From assembly GCA_045159875.1 (NCBI GenBank), contig CP067995.1, positions 1,952,001 through 2,016,000 of the forward strand: DNA of 64,000 nt, given 5' to 3'. Origin of the DNA: a cyanobacterium endosymbiont of Rhopalodia gibba (lineage in GTDB: Bacteria > Cyanobacteriota > Cyanobacteriia > Cyanobacteriales > Microcystaceae). Below, one piece after another: positions 35,250 to 46,440 of this stretch; the first letter of the stretch is position 1; every line of letters starts with the position of its first letter. The position numbers were made by a program, and so were the translations under genes. A model generated the notes under the pieces. It made no database searches and was not told the DNA's origin. It worked only from the letters and a program-made list of their open reading frames with translations.

Positions 35250-36430
35250 AAAAATGGTTGAATTTAATCGATGAACATTTAGCTCAAGATACAGAGCTAT
35301 CTAAAACAATATTACTAATAATAATATAGCAATCTTATTTAGTAAGATACGGCATAATAACTTTGTTGTCCTTTAATCAAAACAATTTTATTAACTGCAA
35401 CCGTTTTGGCATATGAAGTTTTTTTATCTATAATTTTTAATTCAAAATATTGAGTATTTTTTCTATTTTTTATTTACTTATTTTATTACTTTTATCAAAA
35501 TTATCAATATTATTGTTGAATGACTTTTCAATATTTTTTGTCTTATTTTTTTTGATCTATTAGATTTTATCTAATCAATTTTAGTATAAATAGACACAAT
35601 CTTTTCAAGACAACTAATAATTAACCGTTTTAAATAAATTTAACTGGTAGTCAAACTACAATAAATACAAGCTTTTATTGGATATATATTTTCGATAAAT
35701 TGAACTATCTGTATCTCATTTAAATAATTTATTGCCTAAGCAAATATAATAAAAAATATTGATTGAAACTATATAGATTAAATTTAATTTTTATAAAAAG
35801 TCTATTTATCGCTGTCTATTTAAAAATATTTATGTAAGAAAAGCTAGGACAAAATAATAGCAGTATTCTTAAATAAGGTTTTCAATTCTCAAATGACATC
35901 TAGTGTATTAGAAATTTTTTAAACAATATAGTATTGAGATAATTGCTGATACATTTTCTTAAAAGCCCAGGTAAATCTACCACATTAGAAAAATTTTCTA
36001 TCGTATAGTTATACGAGATAAGATTAGTACAATAGTCTTTATATTGATCTGAATAGTAATGTTAAATAAGTTGAACTTACTCAGCTATTAATTAGTGTTA
36101 TAACTCAGAAAAGTAAGTTGGCTCTAAGCTAATCTCCGACTTCTACTAAATCTGTATAGAGATATTAAAAAATATCCTTTTCCATAACTAACTTCAATAA
36201 CAAGTATGTTATTTAATTGATGGCGTTTCACTAATTCACTAGCTAGGGATTTCAGCATCTTGTTAAAATCTAGAAGAACTGTGTAAGGAGTTTTCGTAGT
36301 TTTTATTAAAACAACTTAGCTGAGTCGAAAGTCACATTATCAAGACTAAGTTTCATGTCTCCTTTAGTCCAATCCAGAGCAGTCTCAAGTGATTATAATG
36401 AAATATTTCAGTAGGCTTGAATATCTAATA
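35250..36430 (-). pseudogene. Degraded class I SAM-dependent (NDP-sugar C-)methyltransferase
   Basis: Broken frames read ALDWTKGDMKL..NVTFDSAKL..NYENSLHSSSRF..LVKRHQL..VIEVSYGKGYFL..EPTY..YYSDQY; boundaries approximate. Confidence 0.7.
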
Positions 36431-37089
36431 TTTTCAATAATGTATCTAAAATTTTATAAAAATTGATAGTATTTACCTATAAAAAATATATTATATTTAT
36501 TTAAACTATTAAAAATATATAAGTAAAAGTCTTTTTAATTAGACAAAATAGGCTACGTAAAACTCATTCTTTAAGAGAATGTAACGGGAAGCAGAGCTTA
36601 ACTTTCCATGTGTTTAGGTAAAACAAAAAAAATTCTACTTTCCTTATCTTAAAAAGTAAGGATTATCTCTAACTCTTTAAAATACCTAAAAATAGTTCTA
36701 TCCTTTTAAATCAAACTAGATAAGTTTTGTTTTTCATTAACCGAAACTTGTACTATGTCTAAAAATCTGACATATTCTATCCCATATTATTTTCGGTATT
36801 CTTCTACTGTTTTAGTTCAAATCAAAGTAGCACTTCTCCTAATTTATAAAATTAAACTAGATAGTTCATATTTAGGAATAAAATTAGCAAGTAAATAATA
36901 CATCCTGACAATATATATACATTTTTATTAAATTTTGAGTCTTTAAAATTTTTAATATATGACATGTTTTCAATTTTTTATCGCAACTGTTTTTTATTCT
37001 TTGTTTTATTTTTTCTAACTGTAAGTTTACTAACTTAAGTGCAATAGAACCATTTTTTGATTTTGCAACAAATAAAAATAAAAAAATCA

Positions 37090-38070
37090 TCAATCATTAG
37101 TTTTATAAAACTCTTGATACCATGCTACAAATTGTTGAAGACCTTGGGTTATTTTTGTCGTTGGTCTGAACCCGATATCGTTGACTAATTCATCTATATC
37201 AGCATAAGTCGATACAACATCTCCAGGTTGCATAGGTAAGAAATTTTTAACGGCTTTCATATTTAAAGCTATTTCAATTGTCTCAATAAATTCTTTTAAT
37301 TCTACTGGGTTATTCTTTCCAAGATTATAAATTTTATATGGGGGTTGATTAAGAGTATTTAAGGGAGACTTAGGGATAATCCTTACCATAGCCTCAATAA
37401 CATCATCAATGTAGGTAAAATCACGTTTCATCCCACCGTAATTATAAACCTCAATGGGTTTTTTTTCTGTGATCGCTCTAACAAATTTAAAATATGCCAT
37501 ATCCGGTCTTCCCCAAGGACCATATACCGTAAAAAAGCGCAATCCAGTAATAGGAATTCGATATAAATGACTGTAAGCATAAGCCATTAATTCATTCGCT
37601 TTTTTAGTAGCTGCATAAAGAGAAACTGGTCTATCTACATTATCAGTCACAGAAAAAGGAACCTTTTTGTTAGAACCATAAACTGAACTAGAAGAAGCAA
37701 AAACTAAGTGATTAATAAAGTTATGACGACAACCTTCTAAGATATTAGCAAATCCTACTAAGTTACTATCAATATAAGCTTCAGGATTTTCCAGGGAATA
37801 ACGAACTCCAGCCTGGGCAGCTAGATGAATAACATATTCAAAAGAATATTTCTTAAAGAGCTCTATCATCAAAGAGCGATGGCTAATATCTAAACGGCTA
37901 AATTCAAAGTTTTTTTGGCATAACAATTGCTCTAGACGAGCTTTTTTAAGGGTAACATCATAATAGTCGTTGAGATTATCTATTCCATATATTTGGTGAC
38001 CTTCTATTAATAATCGTTGTGCTAAATGATATCCAATAAAGCCAGCTACGCCTGTAATTAAAATTTGCAT
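37090..38070 (-). CDS. NAD-dependent epimerase (UDP-glucuronate 4-epimerase-like)
   Basis: GVAGFIG, HLAAQAGVRYS, ASSSSVYG, YAATK, RFFTVYGPWGRPDMA, MQPGDV. Confidence 0.93.
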   Translation of the reverse strand: MQILITGVAGFIGYHLAQRLLIEGHQIYGIDNLNDYYDVTLKKARLEQLLCQKNFEFSRLDISHRSLMIELFKKYSFEYVIHLAAQAGVRYSLENPEAYIDSNLVGFANILEGCRHNFINHLVFASSSSVYGSNKKVPFSVTDNVDRPVSLYAATKKANELMAYAYSHLYRIPITGLRFFTVYGPWGRPDMAYFKFVRAITEKKPIEVYNYGGMKRDFTYIDDVIEAMVRIIPKSPLNTLNQPPYKIYNLGKNNPVELKEFIETIEIALNMKAVKNFLPMQPGDVVSTYADIDELVNDIGFRPTTKITQGLQQFVAWYQEFYKTND

Positions 38071-38134
38071 TTTTATTCGTTAAAGGTTTTGATTGAAAAA
38101 TAAAAAATTAATGAATCAGAGATTTTATTAATTT

Positions 38135-39340
38135 TTTATTTAAGGACCGAATCATAATTTTTATTAGCCTACTATAGTTTACCTTGTTTGTATATTGGGT
38201 TTTAAACTTCATTCTAACTGTCTAATATATTCCATCGTGCCCAACTGGATGTTTCCATAACTACTCTATTTTAACTGCTAAATCGGTTGAATTGTTAGGA
38301 TAGAAAAGAAGTCTAGTAGGACTGCGGTCAACTAATATGGTAATCGCTTCAGTATTAAAGGTAATAACGAGAGTCCTTCTAACAAAATTCTTAATTACTA
38401 CTCGACTGAAAATTTTATACCATTTTGAGAAAGACACTAAAAACATAGCTTTTCTCATCAGTAAATAAACTTTGTCCATTGGTAGATAGCCTAACTATCT
38501 TAACTTTAGAAAATTTTCTAGTAGCCTCTATTGCTTAGTCAAACCAAAGAACATCTCCAACAATTTTTAGGTAAATTAGGTAATTAAACTGTTCTCAGAC
38601 TCCTAAAAGAACATTGAGTTATTTTCCTATCAAAAGTCGCAAATAAAAAGAGTATAACAACTTTTTGTCTGTTCCATAACCTAATTTTTATCAATTAAAT
38701 ACACTTAACTACAATTTTTTCTTAAGTCCACTCCGCTTCCATAAATTTCTGTTGTGAAAACTGGCTAATAAAAGTAAATTGACTTGTCTGGTTAAGGTTA
38801 GTCTATTTATGTTTAGACGGCGGACAGCATTAGTTTCATTAGTAGCACCTTTAGTAATTACAAGCTAAAGAAACAACTTTCCTAAGCAATCTTCACATAC
38901 TTATCTATCCTGAAAAAAGAGTATATCGGGGCGTAGTGGACAATGGTTTCGTAGAGTTTAGATACGGAAAACCCTTTTAGCTAAAGCAGCATAATAGACT
39001 AATGAGAAAATTAAAGGGAAAAATTCTGGGCGTGGATGAGTTCTGTAGGCGTTTGTTTGAGTTTTCCTCGCACCCTCTAGTATACTCCACAAAAGGGTCT
39101 TCATTTAGATAGATCAAAGTGAACAGACAAAAAAATGAGCCCGTACCCCATAAATATTCCCACTAAAATCATAGAAACTAACAATAATACCAATTACTTG
39201 AGAACTAACGGAACATTTTCAGGTTAGTTATAGTTTTGTTAGCCTTCTCTTTTTAAAGGTTTTTTAACAAATCTCTTCTGCTAAAGAAGCTTTTTTTTCA
39301 AAATTTTAATCTAGTACTCTTACAAGAGTATCTGAGCTTT
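38135..39340 (-). pseudogene. Degraded glycosyltransferase family 4
   Basis: Broken frames read LIHAQNFFPLI..VYYAA..TLRNH..VCEDCLGK and FLVSFSKWYKIFSRVVIK..TRLLFYPNNSTDLAVKIE*LWKHP..QYTNKVNY, matching the GT4 pattern HNFFPLISPSVYYAA / PSEWYEGFP / GLLFEPGN. Confidence 0.8.
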
Positions 39341-39820
39341 TCTGATTTATCTTTCTATCTTTGGACCTAAATTTTTTCAATATTATTTAATTTTTTTTTA
39401 ATCTTTACTTTAAATTCTTATTCCTCAATCTTTTAAGATCTTCTTTCCCTAATTTATTATTTGTTTAATCAATTTTCTACTACAAATAAAATTTATTTTT
39501 ACAATAAGTATGCTATTTTTAATAGTCCATACTTGTGAGACTTTCCAGAGTAAATATTATATTCTTAATTTCATAGAAGTTTTACTTTTTAGGTACCCCA
39601 CGCTTAGTTTAAGTGAACTAAGTTTGGGGTTTTATTAGGTTTTACAGACATCGTTTTTACCTAAATTATTTTACTTTTATCAAAAGTAGATTATCACGAC
39701 CGTATTTAGTGTTGTTTCTACATACAATAACTGTTAAAGCTATACGGCTAGGCAGAAAATGCTTACCTATTGATGTAAACGTTGATTTAATTAAGGTTAA
39801 TACTTATGATTGCCTGAATA

Positions 39821-39858
39821 TTTGCCTAGAAAATCATAGTCTTAATTGTCTAGGCAAA
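39821..39858 (-). terminator. Hairpin after sucD
   Basis: TTTGCCTAGA-N18-TCTAGGCAAA, 6 nt past the stop codon. Confidence 0.55.
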
Positions 39859-39864
39859 GGATTT

Positions 39865-40752
39865 CTAAGAGATGGCCATTTTAACTAGCTTAATAATCTC
39901 AGTGGGATGTTGAGCCACTTTTACCTTAGCTTTTTCAAAATCATCTATGATAGACTCTTCGGGGGGAATTTGTATCACTGACGAAGATAGTTGAGCAGCT
40001 ACAATTGTTTTAGCATCCCGAAAATTACGTTCTATGGGAGCATAAAGCCCAGCAATATAAGCAATAACAGGTTTTTTGACAGCTGAGGCAATGTATTCAA
40101 CTGCACAGAGTTCAGCATGGCTATTACCTCTTCCTAAAAGAACAATTACTTCAGTGGTACTGTCCTCTTCGAGTATCTGTAACCAATACTCAAAATTTGA
40201 GCCAATAATAAAATCTTTGCCTAAACTAACAACGAGAGACTGACCTAACTTAGCTCGGGTTAATTCCCTAGCTACTTCATCAACTAGGCGATCGCAACGA
40301 CTAACAATCCCCACAGATCCAGGACTATAAAAGGAATGCTCACATATTCCTAACCAAAACTGATTAGGAACAATTAACCCCTGACTGCCTGAACCCAGGA
40401 TAAAAGTCTGGTTAACTTGTGCTTTATGGAGAAGGTCAACCATATCTAGAGGAGGAACCCCCCCGGATACAATCACCAGCTGTCTAATTCCTGAAGCCAT
40501 TGCCTCTAAAGCTGCATCTAATACTTTATAGGGGGGTGTAAAAATAACACTGATATCAATATTTTTAAACTCGCTGACAGCTTTTTCTACTAGGTTAAAG
40601 ACTGGAATTCCATCTATCTTTGAACTATCATCGTTTATACTAATTCCAGCTACGATATTCATTCCAAAAGCTTTCATTTGTTTCCCATAGATGTTCCCCA
40701 GAGGAGTTGTAATTCCCTGGATAATAACTTTACTATCAGCTTGCCATTTCAT
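39865..40752 (-). CDS. sucD: Succinyl-CoA synthetase alpha subunit homolog (divergent active site)
   Basis: SKVIIQGIT, SVIFTPP, SPGSVGIVSR, KKPVIAYIAG; directly downstream of sucC. Confidence 0.85.
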   Translation of the reverse strand: MKWQADSKVIIQGITTPLGNIYGKQMKAFGMNIVAGISINDDSSKIDGIPVFNLVEKAVSEFKNIDISVIFTPPYKVLDAALEAMASGIRQLVIVSGGVPPLDMVDLLHKAQVNQTFILGSGSQGLIVPNQFWLGICEHSFYSPGSVGIVSRCDRLVDEVARELTRAKLGQSLVVSLGKDFIIGSNFEYWLQILEEDSTTEVIVLLGRGNSHAELCAVEYIASAVKKPVIAYIAGLYAPIERNFRDAKTIVAAQLSSSVIQIPPEESIIDDFEKAKVKVAQHPTEIIKLVKMAIS

Positions 40753-40857
40753 AAATCAATATAGTCGTCGTGTAATTAAATTGCAATCTTAATCAGATTA
40801 AATCAGAAAATAACCTAATGTTTTATTGAGTTTTATCTAGACTGAGGTGAGGAAGTC

Positions 40858-42129
40858 CTATTTTTTTTGAGCTTTAGCTAGAGAAACCGTTGTAGTAATC
40901 GCTTGTCCCAAATCCTCAGTCAAGTTAATGTCTAATCCAGAAAGACTTTCTTGAATTGAGTCAAGATCACCCCCGAGCAAACGAACTACTAAAGATGGTA
41001 GTTTCTTAACTTGGGAAAGATGATTTTGGGGTTTATAATCCTGTTGATGATCAAGGAAGTTAGTTTTTGTGGCTATTGGGAAAAGGTCTTGACGAAAGTC
41101 CGTCTTGCGTTCCAGATAAGGTTGAAAATGATCAGCGATCCCTTTTGCAATTACTCCGGAAGTTTTAAGACTACCCAAAATGTTAATTAACAGAACCTTT
41201 ATATGAGTCGATTTAATGGCTTGTTCTAAGGCGGTAGTCAACTGATCTATAAGAGAGATTAATCCTTCCTGTTCGCTGAGCATCCAACCACAGACGGGAT
41301 TAACTTGTTTATGAACTAACAGCTCCCAACTAGTAAGGGTCAATCCCCAGCCATTACTAATGATACCGATATTACCCTCGCCTGAGGTGGCTTTAATCAC
41401 ACAAACTTGAGGGAGAGTTAAAGGTTTAGGGATAAAAGGTTCGAATATCATTGACGAACTTTCTGGTTTAGAAGATGTGAGTAATTCTACTAGATCTTGA
41501 TGGCGAGACAAAGCTGCATCATTAACCGCAATTTTCCCATCGAGGGCCATAACTTCTCCAGTTGGACTCACCGCCAAAGGATTGATTTCAATCAAATCTA
41601 AATCCTTCTCCCGAAAAATCTGGTACATTTTTTCAAGAATGAAACTCACCGTCTGGATTAGTTTCCCTTGTAGTCCCATTTTCACAGCCAAACGGCGGGC
41701 ATAAAAGGGGGAAAAGTCGCTATCAACTACCACTTTTTCCATATGCTCAAGGAGGGTTTCCACATCAATTCCTCCTTTGGGTGAACCAAGCAAAACTGGA
41801 CGCTGAAGTTTATAATCAAGCAGAACCGAAAGAAAAAATTCAGATTTTGTATCGTAGCGAGCTTCTGCCAGAATAACTTCTGGATATTCTCCTAAAATTG
41901 CCAGATTAAAAATTGCTTGGGCAGCCACGATTGCATCGATCGTATTCTCCACAAAACGAATGCCCCCGGCTTTTCCACGACCTCCAGAACGGACTTGTGA
42001 CTTTAACACGACAGGATAAGGAATATGAAGGTGTTTAATTTCACTGAGATTAACGATAGGTTGGGAGGGTAAAATAGGAATACCCACCCGATGAAAAAGT
42101 TTTTTAGCTTGATATTCAAGTAAATCCAT
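40858..42129 (-). CDS. sucC: Succinyl-CoA synthetase beta subunit homolog
   Basis: MDLLEYQAKKLF, VLKSQVRSGGRGKAGGI, EINPL, ALDGKI, VVRLLG; divergent C-terminal domain. Confidence 0.88.
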   Translation of the reverse strand: MDLLEYQAKKLFHRVGIPILPSQPIVNLSEIKHLHIPYPVVLKSQVRSGGRGKAGGIRFVENTIDAIVAAQAIFNLAILGEYPEVILAEARYDTKSEFFLSVLLDYKLQRPVLLGSPKGGIDVETLLEHMEKVVVDSDFSPFYARRLAVKMGLQGKLIQTVSFILEKMYQIFREKDLDLIEINPLAVSPTGEVMALDGKIAVNDAALSRHQDLVELLTSSKPESSSMIFEPFIPKPLTLPQVCVIKATSGEGNIGIISNGWGLTLTSWELLVHKQVNPVCGWMLSEQEGLISLIDQLTTALEQAIKSTHIKVLLINILGSLKTSGVIAKGIADHFQPYLERKTDFRQDLFPIATKTNFLDHQQDYKPQNHLSQVKKLPSLVVRLLGGDLDSIQESLSGLDINLTEDLGQAITTTVSLAKAQKK

Positions 42130-42364
42130 AACACTTTTAATCTCAAAAGTATAGGTTTTAGAAAAATAGGAAAATATGCAAGTTATTGTCCTACATTCTC
42201 TGAGTTGAAATTTATCGTAAAATTATCAATAAAAAAGTAAAAAGTAAGACTAATACTAAGTGGTTTATAAAAATTCTAGAACTCAAAGTATTACATCAGA
42301 TAAATACTCTTCCAATAAGATAGAGGATAGAGAAAAATTGAATGCTTCCCATCAACATGCTTGA

Positions 42365-42551
42365 TTAACGGACTTGTTTAAGATTATCTACTTTTTTTTC
42401 TAAAAAGTTCAGTTATTAGACCCATTACTGTGCAATTCTCTCGTACTTTAATATTTACAATAACAGACATTCCTGATTGCAAAAGAATTTCACGATCGCG
42501 GACTCTTAAAAATTGTCGATCTAATTTAATTCTACTGGGAAAGTGATAAAA
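42365..42551 (-). pseudogene. C-terminal remnant of an HlyD family membrane-fusion protein
   Basis: FYHFPSRIKLDRQFL..LQSGMSVIVNIKVRENCTVMGLITELF..VDNLKQVR*, the typical cyanobacterial HlyD C-terminus. Confidence 0.8.
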
Positions 42552-44600
42552 GCGATTAATTGTCTCAGGGTGAGTTTCCCTTCCAAAACTAAATAAGCTC
42601 CTACTTATAATGCCAGCAATTCAGAGATCTTATTAAGGAAGTTGCTTGCATTATAAGTAGCTCAAGTAGAGGTAATTACGACATTAAATTCAGCTGAAAC
42701 GTAACGGTAGCATTTATCTCGCCATTGTCAACGTGAATCCAATTCCTTATTTTGAGCTTTAACAGTTTTAATCTCTGATATCACCTCAACTAAATATGAT
42801 TGAACCTGGACATTACCTTCAGCTTTCGTCCATAGTTGACAGTGGTGGATGGTTGGGGAAAAAATTAAAGTCACTACCACAAGAATCGGGACAATCCTAA
42901 AACTACTAAGGTCAGCAGAGGACTATAGAAGACCATAACCAAAATGTAGATGATGGAGAATACTGAATCAAGTATTACAGTTAAAGCTGTTCCGGTGAGA
43001 ATTTTTCGGATCTTTTCGAGTTCATTGATTCGAGTGGGAATTTCTCCTACAGGTCATTTTTAAACGTAGTGTAATGGTAAACATAGCAAGTGATCGACAA
43101 TTTTTGAGCCCAAACTCATGTCGATATGACCAATCGTATCGACAAACGGATAGGTCCGCACAATAGTCCGCACAATAGTCCGCACAATAGTTAATCTCAC
43201 TTCAAAAATGGTAATAATCAGCAGCAACAACCATAATATGTGCAGAGTATCCACCCGATAATTATCTTGTCAATGATCACCCGAATCATTAAGGGATTTA
43301 GCTAAACTGAACAATTGAACAAAAAAGGAAGCAATTAAGACCTCAATCAACACCTAACGGTATTGAATTAAGGATAGGATAAACCAATTTAAGCCAAACC
43401 GTTTTTGGGGAGTACCTTTGGTAGGTTGTAATAGGAGAACTTCTCCTTCTTCTCCCCAAGTTTCCTGGAAATTTTATGGGTTAATTCTAATTATTCCTAG
43501 CTCACGAACGGCGATCATAATTTCATGATCGCTGACTTCATAAGATACAGCAAGACTTTCTTGCCAAAGGATTGGGGCAGAAGTTTTCAGTTGGATAAAC
43601 GATCTGATTTACCTGGAATGGTAATCAGTTGGGTATTGAGTCCCATCAACTCAATAATTGCTCCCTGTAAAGGAAATGATGAACTAACTTATTGTGCGTT
43701 GTAATTGCTCAACCAAGATTCGACGAATCAGATTACGACAGAAGGGCATACAAAAATGGTGACTTAGCATTTTGAAGCAAGTAATTCCTAGGTCTAAAGG
43801 GATATTATCTCGAATTAACGGATAGGTTTCACCTCTGTTCCTACAAGTCCGGCATCAACATAGGGAATCTTTAAGTCCGAGTCGATGGTGTCGGGCAAAC
43901 CTGCTTCTATTCGCTGTTGATTATCTCTATATTCTGATTTCAGTGTTTTAACTTTTGACAGTTATTGCCATTGAGCAGGTAATTTAATGAAACGAGCAGG
44001 TTGGTTTCCTGTGATTGTTAAGGGAGAGATTATCCTATTTTGAGGAATACAACTACCAACGGGGTAGTTGATAATTTTTTTCCCTCCACTCACTGACCAT
44101 AAAATTTTAGGATTTTGTAGAAGAATTGATGCCTCGGAGGCTAGATTTCCTGCCGATCAATAGTAAACTTGGATATCACTCAGGACTCGTATGGTTAACT
44201 CTTTGAAATTTCTTGAACTTTGAGCCTTTTGCTCTAGTTGAATGTTAAGTGGACCAAACAGTTCAGGAAGGATGCACTGTTCTTTTAAAAATTCCGTAAA
44301 GACTGGATATTTTTCTAGGAGAGTTAAAAATTCTCGTTGATCTAGAGTTATGCAAACATATTCGGTGGAGACGACACCTTTTTAGATGGAACCCCTCATA
44401 TTAAACTAATCCAACCTAATATAAACTCTGATTCAAGTAATTTTAAGGTTAGGAGCAAATGAAGTGAGGGGGACTAGAATCCTACCTAAAATTTTGACCC
44501 CCTCAAAAAGCAAACCACAAAAAAACGAATAATTCTACGGTACTGCAAGACATGAGACCTTGACTTATAGTAAGTCTCAGCTATATTACTTCCAATTAAT
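42548..44600 (-). pseudogene. Type I secretion ABC transporter (HlyB-like) remnant with the ATPase domain deleted
   Basis: Broken frames read RFGLNWF..VLIEVLIASFFVQLF..VIIDK..RTYPFVDT..IDMSLGSKIVDHLL..PVGEIPTRINELEKIR..LTGTALTV..QSYLVEV..TVKAQN..GAYLVLEGKLTLRQLIAF; 5' boundary approximate. Confidence 0.9.
43154..43189. repeat. 12-bp tandem repeat x3 inside hlyB pseudogene
   Basis: GTCCGCACAATA x3 (TIVR TIVR TIVR). Confidence 0.9.
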
Positions 44601-44865
44601 TGAACCAGTCTACATTATAGCTAATAGCTATCGTAAACCTGCTTAAATTTTCGTATACCATTATAACTTAATGAGTTTTTTAAAAAAACTATGTATCTTG
44701 TATTTAAGTGAAAATACATTAAACAGCCTGTCAAAACATCCTCAAAATGTTAGGTTCGGAAATGATGTAAAAATCCCGCGCTATAAGCTTACGCGACTCG
44801 TCGGAACGGGTAATAAAGCTCATCCAATATAGTCGATTTAACCTGTTTGAGGTTTTACAAAAATT

Positions 44866-46080
44866 ATGAAGTTTATAAAACTGCTACGCCAATTGGGTAG
44901 CTACCTGATTTCACTTTTACTTGGTATGTTTTTATGCTTTGGTGGCTTCCACTTTCTCTCGTCTCAAGCTGAACCTTTTGTGGAACCATCCTTAGATAAT
45001 CATAAAAATACTTCTGCTCCCTTAAACTTAGCTAAAGTTCTCGTTGATGAAGATCGCGATAGCTTTGTCTCCGCGGCTGTAACCCGCACTGGCTCTGCCG
45101 TGGTTCGCATTGACACGGAAACAGTTGTCACCCGCAGCATTGATCCGGTTTTTAACGATCCTTTCTTTCGTGAATTTTTTGGGGAACAATTTCGCTCTCG
45201 TCTTCCTCAAGAACAAAGAATTGCGGGACAAGGTTCGGGGTTTATTATCGACGGAAACGGGATAATTTTAACCAATGCTCATGTAGTAAACAAGGCTGAT
45301 AAAGTCACCGTTACTCTTAAAGATGGGCGTACTTTTAATGGAGAAGTCCGAGGAACCGATGAAGTCACTGACTTAGCCGTGGTGAAAATATCCCCTCAAG
45401 AGGATAAATTACCAGTTGCCCCTCTAGGAGATTCAGCTAATCTTAAAGTAGGAGATTGGGCAATTGCCGTAGGGAATCCGGTTGGATTGGATAATACTGT
45501 TACCTTGGGGATTATTAGTACCATCGGTCGTTCAGCCGCAAAAGCTGGAATTCCCGATAAGCGTCTCGATTTCATTCAAACTGATGCGGCAATTAACCCG
45601 GGTAATTCTGGAGGTCCTCTCTTAAATTCCCAAGGGGAAGTAATTGGCATTAATACCGCTATTCGTGCTGATGCGATGGGAATCGGTTTTGCTATTCCCA
45701 TCAATAAGGCCAAAGCTTTGCAAAATATTTTAGTCAGTGGACAAAAAGTTCCTCACCCCTATATTGGGGTACAGATGGTTAATCTCACTCCTGAATTGGC
45801 TCGGGAAAATAACAAAAATTCTAACTCACCCATTCTTCTTCCTGAAGTTGAAGGTATTTTGGTAGTACAAGTTGTCCCTAATACTCCTGCCGCTAGAGCC
45901 GGAATCCGTCGAGGGGACGTCATTGTAGGAGTTAACGGAAAATTGATAGATGACGGTAGTGAATTACAGTCTATTGTAGAAAATTCAGGTCTCAATGCTC
46001 CTTTAAAGCTTCAACTTTACCGTGGCGATAACGTTATTTATTTAACGGTAAGAACTGCCCAACTACAAGGAACACCCTAG
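44866..46080 (+). CDS. hhoA: HhoA/HtrA family serine protease with PDZ domain
   Basis: LTNAHVV, TDLAVVK, INPGNSGGPL triad motifs; AIRADAMGIGFAIP; single PDZ. Confidence 0.9.
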   Translation: MKFIKLLRQLGSYLISLLLGMFLCFGGFHFLSSQAEPFVEPSLDNHKNTSAPLNLAKVLVDEDRDSFVSAAVTRTGSAVVRIDTETVVTRSIDPVFNDPFFREFFGEQFRSRLPQEQRIAGQGSGFIIDGNGIILTNAHVVNKADKVTVTLKDGRTFNGEVRGTDEVTDLAVVKISPQEDKLPVAPLGDSANLKVGDWAIAVGNPVGLDNTVTLGIISTIGRSAAKAGIPDKRLDFIQTDAAINPGNSGGPLLNSQGEVIGINTAIRADAMGIGFAIPINKAKALQNILVSGQKVPHPYIGVQMVNLTPELARENNKNSNSPILLPEVEGILVVQVVPNTPAARAGIRRGDVIVGVNGKLIDDGSELQSIVENSGLNAPLKLQLYRGDNVIYLTVRTAQLQGTP

Positions 46081-46093
46081 ATAACCACGGTCC

Positions 46094-46118
46094 GGTGTGG
46101 TAGTTAATTTACCACACC
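46094..46118 (+). terminator. Hairpin after hhoA
   Basis: GGTGTGGTA-N7-TACCACACC, 13 nt after the stop codon. Confidence 0.55.
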
Positions 46119-46440
46119 TCGACAATTGATTCAGGAGGTTATGTTAGGAAATCATGAATCGCTTGCGGGTAAAAAAACTATGACGAAGAAAAACTACAAT
46201 TTTAAGCTTAGATGGTGTATAAATTTAAAAACCCTGGTTTAAAGGTAGGAACTAGAATTTTCGGAGCGATTAGATAAACAAGTACCAATCGATGATAGAC
46301 CAGTAACGTTATTGTTTGAATCTTAAGCGGTTGTCTTTATTCAAAAAGTAGACGTGGCGTTCACAAGAAATCAACTTATTCTATAGTTTATTATAGACAA
46401 TAAACCTAGGCATAATTGCGGAACGGATTAAATAACGATT

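Noticed and set aside
36884..37093. 69-aa ORF after the epimerase
   Set aside because: AT-rich with no motifs; at most an unreadable remnant of the next cluster gene
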